Shown: positions 20,755 to 30,611 of the stretch, piece by piece
Layout of the letters: each line of letters opens with the position of its first letter
Numbering within the stretch: the stretch's first letter is position 1
NCBI GenBank assembly: GCA_965248695.1
Contig: CBDFKD010000002.1
Span: 736,001-800,000 of the forward strand
Reading direction: 5' to 3'
Source of the DNA: Acidobacteriota bacterium
GTDB lineage: Bacteria > Acidobacteriota > UBA890 > WLXD01
DNA: 64,000 nt
Translations under genes and position numbers: made by a program
The notes under the pieces: model-generated
Database searches by the model: none
Seen by the model: the letters and a program-made list of their open reading frames with translations, nothing else
Told to the model about the DNA's origin: nothing

Positions 20755-22369
20755 TCAGAAGCTCCGCGATTTCCTGGTGCCCGGCGCGCGCCGCCTGCGC
20801 CGCCGGCTGTGCCCAGGGATGCTGGTCAGGCGACGTGGGATCGGCACCATTCTGCAACAGCAACGTCACCATGTCCGCCATGCCGCAGCGTGCCGCCGTT
20901 GCCAGGGGCGTGCCGCCTTGCAGGAGCTCGGTACCGTCGGTCGGCGTGCCGTGCTCCAGTGCGAACTTGGCGATGTCGACGTTTCCGAACCTGGCGCAGT
21001 AGTGCAGCAACGTGGCGCCGCGCCAATCACCGCGGCGGATATCGAAACCGTGCTCGATCAGCCGGTCGAGCGTCTGCCGCGTCGCCACGAACGCTGGCGC
21101 GCCGGGTCTGAAGATCCAGCCGTCGAGCAGGGCGGGCACATCCGGCGAGCGCTCGATCAGCAGATCGAGAAGCTCGACATCGTCCTTCTCGAGTACGTCG
21201 GTCCATAGCGTTTCCTGGTCATCGAAGCGGTAGCCGGACTGCAGTGCGTCGCGTAGCTCATCGGCGGACATTTGCCAGCTCGCCGGCTCGGCGCCATGCT
21301 CGCGCAGCAATGCCTGCATCTCGCCATGATCGTTCGGGTGCCTGCACGCGGCGATGTATAGACAGTCGCCCGACGAATCGACCGCGGCGTTGGGGTCGGC
21401 ACCGGCGTGCAGCAGCAAGCGTGCCTGCTGCAGGCTGTTCTGCGCCGCGGCCTGGTACAACCCTCGGCCCCGTGGCGCCTCACTCTCCGGCATGTTGGGA
21501 TCGGCGCCCAGTGACAGCAGCACCTCGGTCATCTCGAGCTTGCCACCGAGCGAGGCGTAGTAAAGCGGGCTGTGGCGTGCACTGTCGAGGCTGCTTGCGG
21601 CGTCGGGTCGGCGCTCCAGCAAGCCGCTCACGAAGTCCGTATCGCCGGCGAGGATCGCCAGCCCGAGGGGCCGCCTCGCGCCGGCGTCGAGTAGCGCTTG
21701 GATCATCTCGCGCGGCGCCAGCCGGCGCTCTTCCGGCACATCGCGCCACCAGCGAAAGTCGTAGTCGCCGTGTAGCGCCAGCATCACCGGGGACTTGCCA
21801 TCGGCACGCTCGGCGTCGATATCGGCGCCGCGCGCCAACAGTATGCTGATCAGATCCGGCTGGTGCGTCAGCGCGGCCCAGTGCATGGCGGTATTCCCGG
21901 AGCCATCGCTGCGATTCAGTTGCGCGGGATGGTCATCGAGAGCTTCCTTGATCCGGTCCGCGTCATAGGAGCGGATCGCCTCCGCGATTGCCGCGAACTC
22001 TGCCGAGTAACCGAAGCGCTCGGACATCTCGGCGCGCAGCAACTCGCCCATCTCTGTCAAATCGCGGAGCGCGGCGATCTCGAGCAGATACCTCCACTCG
22101 CCGCCTCCGAAGCAGCTGGTCGTCGGGTTCCCGTGTTCGAGCAGCGAGCGCACGATCGCCGTATGCCCTTCGCGCACCGCGAAATGGATCGGCGTTTCGT
22201 ACCAGTACTGCACGTTCGCCAGGTTGGTGTCGTCTTCGAGCAGGGACCTGACGAGCGCGTCGTCGCCGTCGACACAGGCGCAGAACATGCGCCACGCGGC
22301 GTTGCCATCGACGGTCGCAAGCCCCATACCGGTGTAGCTCTCGGTACGCATAGCCAGAGGCTGTGACAT
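20747..22369 (-). CDS. Ankyrin-repeat protein
   Basis: Repeated TPIHFA..EGH, TAMHWAA, SPLYYA, TLLHYCA, TPLATAA..G..LL..GADP units. Confidence 0.9.
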   Translation of the reverse strand: MSQPLAMRTESYTGMGLATVDGNAAWRMFCACVDGDDALVRSLLEDDTNLANVQYWYETPIHFAVREGHTAIVRSLLEHGNPTTSCFGGGEWRYLLEIAALRDLTEMGELLRAEMSERFGYSAEFAAIAEAIRSYDADRIKEALDDHPAQLNRSDGSGNTAMHWAALTHQPDLISILLARGADIDAERADGKSPVMLALHGDYDFRWWRDVPEERRLAPREMIQALLDAGARRPLGLAILAGDTDFVSGLLERRPDAASSLDSARHSPLYYASLGGKLEMTEVLLSLGADPNMPESEAPRGRGLYQAAAQNSLQQARLLLHAGADPNAAVDSSGDCLYIAACRHPNDHGEMQALLREHGAEPASWQMSADELRDALQSGYRFDDQETLWTDVLEKDDVELLDLLIERSPDVPALLDGWIFRPGAPAFVATRQTLDRLIEHGFDIRRGDWRGATLLHYCARFGNVDIAKFALEHGTPTDGTELLQGGTPLATAARCGMADMVTLLLQNGADPTSPDQHPWAQPAAQAARAGHQEIAELLNE

Positions 22370-22533
22370 CGACGCCGAACGCCTCACGTGCGCTTCTCAG
22401 TGCGGGACATTGGCAGTCTCCGAGTGTTCGACGACAATTCGTGCGAGCGCCTGGGCGTGGGCGTCGAGGCGCGATTGGTCCGTGTTGATTTGCATGGCTA
22501 TGGCGAGCACGGACATTCGTACGAGCCTTCGTG

Positions 22534-23037
22534 TCAAGTTCCTGCAACCTTGCTGCGACGCTCCATCAGCAGCACGTCGCGCCAGTGACCGTTCTGCTGT
22601 CCGAGCCGGTGCAGCATGCCCACCTGTCGGAATCCACACGCCGCATGCAGGCGCACGCTGGCCAGGTTCTCGGGGAAAAGGCCAGCCTGCAACGTCCACA
22701 CACCGGCGACCTCGGAAGCTTCGACTAGAGCGCCCAGTAGCGTCAACCCGACGCCTCGGCCGCGTGCGGCCGTAGCAATGTAGACGCTCACCTCGGCGAC
22801 ACCGCGGTACACCCATCGCTCGGATACCGGGCTCAGGGCGGCCCACCCGACGACAGCGCTGCGCTCGCGTGCCACCAGCCGGCAGTCACGGCGATGGTCG
22901 TTGTCCCAATCAGCCTGGGTCGGAGCCTCGGTCTCGAACGTCGCATGGCCCGTCGCGATTCCTTGACGGTAGATCGTTTGCACATCGTCCCAGTCGGTCG
23001 GCGACATCGCCTCGACGATCACCGCTTCGGAGGGCAT
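22534..23037 (-). CDS. GNAT acetyltransferase (phosphinothricin acetyltransferase-like)
   Basis: ATFET, GVAEVSVY, RGRGVG, FPENLAS..LH...GF, WRDVLLMERRS. Confidence 0.88.
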   Translation of the reverse strand: MPSEAVIVEAMSPTDWDDVQTIYRQGIATGHATFETEAPTQADWDNDHRRDCRLVARERSAVVGWAALSPVSERWVYRGVAEVSVYIATAARGRGVGLTLLGALVEASEVAGVWTLQAGLFPENLASVRLHAACGFRQVGMLHRLGQQNGHWRDVLLMERRSKVAGT

Positions 23038-23041
23038 TCCC

Positions 23042-23273
23042 TCACGCCGTTTCCGTCTTGCGCTCCCGCAGGTACAGGTAGCCGGGGAGTGCACAGGACA
23101 GGCCGATGACGAGGTTGACGATGATGTACGGAATCGGGTTCGGGCCCTTGCCGCGTTGTTGCTGCTTGGAACATGAACACCCAGAACACTGCCGAGGTGA
23201 TGAGCAGATCAGCAGAAAAGCCGCCGGCGGCACCATTGGCGAACAGTGCCGGGGAGTCTTGCTGGCGGCTCAC
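23042..23273 (-). pseudogene. 5'-truncated, frameshifted DUF2834-like membrane protein
   Basis: ALFANGAAGGFSADLLITSAVFWVFMF in one frame continues as KQQQRGKGPNPIPYIIVNLVIGLSCALPGYLYLRE in the +1 frame near 23168. Confidence 0.6.
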
Positions 23274-23274
23274 C

Positions 23275-23712
23275 TCAGAATGTCGCACAGACGCGGGCTT
23301 CTTCCCATAGAACGGCCCGGTGGTTGAATCGTGTCTTGATCTCGGCAATGACGGCCTCGACGGCGGCGACGAACGCGGCGCGGTCGGATAGCGGGTGCAG
23401 GATGACGATCATGCGGCCCGCGCTGGTGCCGGGGCGGCCGTCTGCCCGTTCCCACCAACCGGTGGTCTCGAGCACCGACGCGCCGCCCGGGAAGTGCCGA
23501 ATGAGAACCTCGTTGACGAGCTGTTCCCAGCGCTCGTCGGCGACCGCCTCGGTGTTGCGGCCGCTCATATACAGCGCCGCGCGCAGATGGGGCTCGAGCG
23601 GCGCGGGGCAGGTCCACGGCGGCGTGTCCGCCGGAACGCTGCTTGGCGTGCTGGCGCACGCCGCCAGCAGCGGCCCGAGTGTCAAAAGGACCGCCAGGCT
23701 CATACGTGCCAT
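23275..23712 (-). CDS. DUF3574-like lipoprotein
   Basis: LLAAC lipobox; LYMSGR...HFPGGASVLETTGWW...RFNHRAVL. Confidence 0.7.
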   Translation of the reverse strand: MARMSLAVLLTLGPLLAACASTPSSVPADTPPWTCPAPLEPHLRAALYMSGRNTEAVADERWEQLVNEVLIRHFPGGASVLETTGWWERADGRPGTSAGRMIVILHPLSDRAAFVAAVEAVIAEIKTRFNHRAVLWEEARVCATF

Positions 23713-25397
23713 CGAGTCTCGCCGCCGACCACGGTGCGTACGATCGGGATCTCCTTGATGCCGTCCTGGTCGACGTCGTGCGGGTCAGCACCCAGGATCA
23801 CGAAGTCGGCCAGCTTGCCGACCGCGATCGAGCCCTTGGCGCTCTCCTCGAACGAGGCGTAGGCACCGTGGCTGGTGCAGATCTTCAGCGCCTGGTCGAC
23901 GCTGATGCGCTGGCTTGGTCCCCACACGCGGCCGTCGAAATCCTTGCGCGTCACCATGCTCTGGATGGCCATCAGCGGCTCGAACGGTCCCGGGGTCCAA
24001 TCGGAGGCCGGTGCCACGGGGATGTCGTAGTCCAGGAACGACCGATGGGCGAACATCCACTCCATCTTCTCCTGCCCGTATTCGACCCATTTGTGACCGT
24101 GAAAATGGGCGTAGGTATAGAACGGTGCCGGAATGACGCCGTCATCCTTGATCCGACGCAGAAGCTCCGGATTCACCAGCGAGCAGTGCTCGATGCGATG
24201 GCGCGTACCTTCGCGCGGCCACAGCTCTTGCACGCGCTCGTACGCCTTCAGCACCATGTCGATGGTGACATCGCCGTTGGCGTGGATCGCCAACTGCCAC
24301 CCGCCGCGGTGGGCGTCCTCGACTGCTGCGTGGATCTCCTCTTGCGACATCGTCAGGATGCCGAAGTCGTCGGGTCGGCCCATGTAAGGGGTGCTCATGC
24401 GCATCGTGCGCTCAGACGCTGAGCCGTCGGCGACGTACTTCACCGGACCGATCCGCACCCATTCGTTGCCCATGCCGGTGCGAATCCCGCTCGCACGGAA
24501 AGCTGGATAGGCCCCGGCGTTGGGAAACAGGTTGGCGCGGAAGCCGAGCTCGCCGGCCGCGTGGGCATCCTGGAAAGCCGTGAAATCGACCGCCGTATTC
24601 CCCGCGGCGTGCACCGAGGTCAAGCCGGTGGCGTTCATCAGCTCGGAGATCAGCTTCACCGCCGCCTGCCGCTGCTCGCGGCTCGACGGGTCGGGGAGTA
24701 GGGCCTGGAACGGGTCCAGGGCGAGCTCGGCGAGCCGGCCGGTGAGCTCGCCGCCTTCGCGGTAGATCGTCCCGCCACGGGGGTCCGGGGTGTCGATGGT
24801 GATGCCGGCAGCCTGGAACGCAGCGCTGTTGACCACCGCCGTATGCCCGCCGCGGTGGCCGACGTATACCGGATGCTCTGGCACCGCCTCGTCTAGATCA
24901 CGGCGATCCAGCGGGCGCCCCTCGCTGAGCTTGGTGTCGTCGTACATGAATCCGACGACCCACTCGCCCGGCTCGGTCTCGCGGGCTCGTTCGGAGAGCG
25001 CATCCTGAATTCGCTGAATGCTCCCGAGATTGGTGTCGACGCTGATCAACGCGGCGAGGCCTCCCCACAAGGGGTGCGAGTGCGCGTCGATGAAACCCGG
25101 AGTGACGCACATCCCTGATGCGTCGATCACCTCTGTTTCGGGGCCGACGAGGTTCGACACATCGTCGGAGCTGCCGACGGCAATGAACCGATCCCGGTGA
25201 ACAGCGAACGCCTCTGCGAGGGGTTGTCCAATGTCGCTCGTTAGCACACGCGCGTTGGTTACCACGAGATCCGGCACGCTGCTCTGCCGGGCGGGCTCCG
25301 CGTCGACACTTCTGGTGCCCGCGACGGCTGCCGTTCCGAGCCCCGCCGTTGCCGCCACACCTAGTCCGAGGAACTCAGCGCGAGTCATATCCGACAT
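23700..25397 (-). CDS. Amidohydrolase 3 family (YtcJ-like), with Tat-like leader
   Basis: TRAEFLG leader, PGFIDAHSH, ADGSASERT, AIHANGD, RIEHCS, GKLADFVIL. Confidence 0.88.
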   Translation of the reverse strand: MSDMTRAEFLGLGVAATAGLGTAAVAGTRSVDAEPARQSSVPDLVVTNARVLTSDIGQPLAEAFAVHRDRFIAVGSSDDVSNLVGPETEVIDASGMCVTPGFIDAHSHPLWGGLAALISVDTNLGSIQRIQDALSERARETEPGEWVVGFMYDDTKLSEGRPLDRRDLDEAVPEHPVYVGHRGGHTAVVNSAAFQAAGITIDTPDPRGGTIYREGGELTGRLAELALDPFQALLPDPSSREQRQAAVKLISELMNATGLTSVHAAGNTAVDFTAFQDAHAAGELGFRANLFPNAGAYPAFRASGIRTGMGNEWVRIGPVKYVADGSASERTMRMSTPYMGRPDDFGILTMSQEEIHAAVEDAHRGGWQLAIHANGDVTIDMVLKAYERVQELWPREGTRHRIEHCSLVNPELLRRIKDDGVIPAPFYTYAHFHGHKWVEYGQEKMEWMFAHRSFLDYDIPVAPASDWTPGPFEPLMAIQSMVTRKDFDGRVWGPSQRISVDQALKICTSHGAYASFEESAKGSIAVGKLADFVILGADPHDVDQDGIKEIPIVRTVVGGETRWHV

Positions 25398-25553
25398 ACA
25401 AGCTCCTTACTCGATTCTCGGCGAACGAAGGACTGTCGCACATATTAGGCTGCCTCAGCCTCTCCGTTTCCGGGAGGTCGCGTCAACCGACGGCGCGGCT
25501 GCGTAGGGTAGTGTCCTGAACCACGAATCCGTTGCATTGCAGGGACGACGCTA

Positions 25554-27233
<1,680 letters not shown>

Positions 27234-27336
27234 TATGCTTACCCCCTAGGCATCTACGCCGTGAGCTCGGCAGCCGAGGCGCGTTTCCAGGCTTCCGGGG
27301 CGGTAGAAACGCAGCGCTACTGCCAAAGGGTGGACG

Positions 27337-27777
27337 GTGAGACTTCCCGACGAAGTACGCGAATCGTTCCGCAAGTACGGGCGCGATGGTGGACGCGAGC
27401 GGGCGGCACGCATGACTCCCGAGAGAAGGCGGCAGGTCGCGCGGCGCGCGGCGACCGTTCGCTGGATTCGGAGTCGTTTCGGGGCGGCGAGCTTCGACGC
27501 CCTCGGTCTGCCCGGAGGCGACATCGTCGACGCGGGCCTCCACGACCTGGCCACGGGCAGAGCTACGCCCGAGAGCTTTGCCGTATCGCTGGCGGCCCCG
27601 CGGTTACGTCGCGAAGGAGTGCCGGTAGGCGCGACAGACTCCGACCCGGAGGACAGGCTTTACGCGGAGTTGGTGGCGGTCAACTCGGATCTGGCGCATG
27701 CGCGCTACGGCGCGTGGCTGCGGCGCATGGTCTCGTTTGCCGATGCCTGCCGCGCTGCCCGCGTCGACCGCGTCTGA
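27337..27777 (+). CDS. Putative antitoxin partner of the downstream nucleotidyltransferase
   Basis: Basic N-terminal GRDGGRERAARMTPERRRQVARRAATVRW motif, then LPGGDIVDAGL...EDRLY...AHARY; 1 bp from the next gene. Confidence 0.65.
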   Translation: MRLPDEVRESFRKYGRDGGRERAARMTPERRRQVARRAATVRWIRSRFGAASFDALGLPGGDIVDAGLHDLATGRATPESFAVSLAAPRLRREGVPVGATDSDPEDRLYAELVAVNSDLAHARYGAWLRRMVSFADACRAARVDRV

Positions 27778-27778
27778 C

Positions 27779-28354
27779 GTGCGGCGAGCGCTGACTCGAG
27801 CAGCGTTGCGACAGCTGATGCGGGAGCTCGCGGGCGATGCCCCGGGCGGACGCTCGTACCGGGTGTTTCTCGTTGGCGGCGGCACGGCGGTCTTCGCCGG
27901 CTGGAGAGAGGCCACGATCGACGCCGACCTTCACGCCGACGATGAAGCGGTGTTCCGCCACATTCAGCGCATCAAAGAACACCTGAAGATCAACGTCGAG
28001 TTCGTCCGGCCCGAAGACTTTGTTCCGCCACTCGCCGGCACCGAAGGTCGCCACGTGCTGCTCGAGACCATCGGACGCGTGAGCTTCTATCACTACGATC
28101 CGTACGCGCAGCTGCTATCCAAGGTTGTACGCGGCTTTCGCAAGGACATGCAGGACGCCGAGAGCTTCGTCACCAGCGGGATGGTCGACGCGGAACGATT
28201 TCGATCCCTGGTACACGAAATCCCGGAGGCAGCGTACGCCCGGTATCCGGCCCTTTCGCAACGAGCAGTCCTGGAATCCATCGATGCGTTCTTGGCCCAA
28301 CTCGCGCGGGAAGCCAGGAACCGCGGCGTTGCAAGCGACGCCGAGGATCTCTAA
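27779..28354 (+). CDS. DUF6036/AbiEii-like nucleotidyltransferase
   Basis: VFLVGGGTAVFAGWREATIDADL (GG..A...R.T.D.D), LSKVVRGFRKDMQD. Confidence 0.8.
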   Translation: MRRALTRAALRQLMRELAGDAPGGRSYRVFLVGGGTAVFAGWREATIDADLHADDEAVFRHIQRIKEHLKINVEFVRPEDFVPPLAGTEGRHVLLETIGRVSFYHYDPYAQLLSKVVRGFRKDMQDAESFVTSGMVDAERFRSLVHEIPEAAYARYPALSQRAVLESIDAFLAQLAREARNRGVASDAEDL

Positions 28355-28463
28355 TCGGATCTGATGGGCCCCGCGCCTACTCGACATCCTTGCACATCGA
28401 GCTTCTTCAGCAGCGTTGACGTTCCAGACCTCCATCTCTGGCGCGCCGCCGACCGCGCGCGCC
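28245..28463 (+). repeat. Imperfect direct repeat, copy 1 (copy 2 at 30380-30611)
   Basis: Shared blocks include GGCCCTTTCGCAACGAGC, CCATCGATGCGTTCTTGGCCCAACTCG, TTGCAAGCGACGCCGAGGATC, CTAATCGGATCTGATGGGCCC, GCCTACTCGAC and CGTTGACGTTCCA. Confidence 0.92.
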
Positions 28464-28496
28464 ATCAACAAGCACGTCAGACCGGGCGGAAGCGAG

Positions 28497-29273
28497 TCAC
28501 TCCGCCGAGCCAATTCCAATGCGTAGGGCTTCTGCCAGTCTCCGGGTCTGCTCGACGTCGCGATGGCCGATCGCCGTCGCGATTCGGCCGGCGACCACGT
28601 CGTCGTTCCCTACGAGAGCCACGAATCGGTCCAGGTGGTCACGCTCAATCGGTGCCAGATCCAGATCCGCAATCTCGCGGCCCAGGATGAAGGGACCTGA
28701 CTGGTCGTAGCCAAGGCCGCGGTCTATGACGATGTCGGCAAAGCGCGCTTCCGGCTCCGGATAGTCGGTCAGGATGTGCGCCAGGTCCTGTAGGTCGCGG
28801 AGCCGTTGGCCGGGGCGATCCAGGTACGAAATCATTTTGAGGACGGTGATAACAGAAACCGGTGCGACACGTATCGTCAGGTCGTCTCGTGGCAGGATCT
28901 CGACCGCGTGCGCATCGACAAGGCGAAGTCCGACTGTGCTGAGGATGCGGTCCTCGCCAGGCCACCTCAAGGACGCGCTTGGCGCGCCGTCCGCTCCCAC
29001 TGGCAGCACGTCCACCCGTACATTGGATGGGGAGTACCAGCGCTGCGTGATCCGGGCGTCCTGTTTCCAGCTGTCACGGCGGTTGAGCTGCGCACTGTAA
29101 TCCTGGAGGGATGCCAGGACGGTGACGTCCAGGTCCTCGGTCAGACGCCAATCCAGCGGCAGAAAGCAGCCCAGCCCACGCGCTCCGATAAGAGCGAAGC
29201 GGTCCTTGCCCCAGCAGTCGACTAGCTCTCCCAACGTGTCCACTTGTGCGGCGTTGAGCCCGTAGGATCTCAT
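28497..29273 (-). CDS. AbiEii/MenT-like nucleotidyltransferase toxin
   Basis: ALIGARGL...WRLTEDLDV, VDVLPVG, VLKMISYLDRP...RDLQD. Confidence 0.8.
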   Translation of the reverse strand: MRSYGLNAAQVDTLGELVDCWGKDRFALIGARGLGCFLPLDWRLTEDLDVTVLASLQDYSAQLNRRDSWKQDARITQRWYSPSNVRVDVLPVGADGAPSASLRWPGEDRILSTVGLRLVDAHAVEILPRDDLTIRVAPVSVITVLKMISYLDRPGQRLRDLQDLAHILTDYPEPEARFADIVIDRGLGYDQSGPFILGREIADLDLAPIERDHLDRFVALVGNDDVVAGRIATAIGHRDVEQTRRLAEALRIGIGSAE

Positions 29274-30301
29274 CGCAGGTATCGCTCGTGCAGCTCCTCG
29301 GCAGCCTCCTGGGCACGTTCGTCGTGCGTCGCCAGAAGTTGTGTGTAGAGAAGCAGCGGATGCGCAACATGATCCTCGGGGCCGGCGAGGAATAGTTCAG
29401 TCGGAACGTCGAGCAGCACCAGCGGCCCGGTGGGATCTGGAAGCGCTTTGAGCTCCTTGGGCAGGTCCCGTGCCGGCCCCGTCACGCAGAGGACGGTTTC
29501 TAGGCCGCGGAAGAATCGGGTGATACGCATTGCTCCTGCGCCGCCGCCCCATGCCCAGGCGAGCTCGGGTTGAGCGATGCCGATAGCCTGCGCGATCCGG
29601 CGTTCCAGGATTTCAGGATCTTGATCGGCAGTGCGGTACCGTCCAATCAACCATTTCGGGCGCACCTGGTCCCGGTAGCCATGAACCCACCGTTCCAGGA
29701 TCGCTTGACGGTCGTGAATAGTTACTCCTGGGCGGCCCCGGAGCAGCAGTCCCTCAGCCTCCAGTTTTCGCAGGATGGTCGTAACCGTCCCCAGCGCGAC
29801 GCCGGCGTGCCGCGCCAGTTCCCGGACGGTCGCTTGAGCAGCGTCGGGCCAGGCGAGGATCGCGAACAGAACTTGGTATCCAGCGGCGCCGAGGCCTCGT
29901 CCGCGAGGTGTTTCCTTGAGGTCCGGCCGGCGTCCCTCGATGGCGGCGAAGTATCGGTCGTCGATGTTGATGCGGCAATTGCCGGCCGCGTCGACGTAGT
30001 TTATGCCGCGCTCGGCGAGCGCCTCACCGACTCCAGGGGTGATCTTGGGCGCGACAACGAGAAGGCGATATGGGTGGACACGCTCGACGCGACTACGGAG
30101 AGCCTGTGCAAGAGCATAGGTGAGGTTGGTTCTCTTGACCTCGACGGCAACATCTCTTGTTGCCCCGTCAGGCAGTTCGATCTGGAGGATCGCGTCCGCC
30201 CGGTGCGGGAGGCCTTGTTCGAGCTTGACCTGCAGGCTGCGCACGAAGGGCAGCTGTCTGAGATGGGCGAGATAATCCTCGAGTTTGGCCGGCATGTTCA
30301 T
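29270..30301 (-). CDS. AbiEi-like type IV TA antitoxin (DUF2186-like)
   Basis: VAVEVK, GINYVDAAGN, HTH TVRELARHAGVALGTV, WAWGGG, HPLLLYTQLL..DERAQEAA; 4-bp overlap with the toxin gene. Confidence 0.82.
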   Translation of the reverse strand: MNMPAKLEDYLAHLRQLPFVRSLQVKLEQGLPHRADAILQIELPDGATRDVAVEVKRTNLTYALAQALRSRVERVHPYRLLVVAPKITPGVGEALAERGINYVDAAGNCRINIDDRYFAAIEGRRPDLKETPRGRGLGAAGYQVLFAILAWPDAAQATVRELARHAGVALGTVTTILRKLEAEGLLLRGRPGVTIHDRQAILERWVHGYRDQVRPKWLIGRYRTADQDPEILERRIAQAIGIAQPELAWAWGGGAGAMRITRFFRGLETVLCVTGPARDLPKELKALPDPTGPLVLLDVPTELFLAGPEDHVAHPLLLYTQLLATHDERAQEAAEELHERYLR

Positions 30302-30345
30302 GATAATAATATGAACAGTAGTACTGAACTAAGTATTAATTTGTA
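30295..30345 (-). promoter_or_regulatory. AT-rich promoter/operator of the AbiE-like operon
   Basis: TGTTCAT-N9-ATGAACA (30295-30317) and CAGTAGTACTG (30316-30326) inverted repeats at the start codon. Confidence 0.5.
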
Positions 30346-30379
30346 CGGATACCCATCCTCCAAACTGAATCGGGCTCAA

Positions 30380-30611
30380 ATCTGGCCCTTTCGCAACGAG
30401 CGGTCCTCGAAGCCATCGATGCGTTCTTGGCCCAACTCGGGCGGGAAAGCCAGGAACCGTGGCCTTGCAAGCGACGCCGAGGATCGCTAATCGGATCTGA
30501 TGGGCCCGGGCCTACTCGACGTCCTTGCTCAGCACAGCGATCTTCTTAAGGAGCACAGCACCGTTGACGTTCCACACCCGCACCTCGGGTTGGCCGCCGA
30601 CCGTGCGTGCC
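30380..30611 (+). repeat. Imperfect direct repeat, copy 2
   Basis: Aligns to 28245-28463. Confidence 0.92.
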
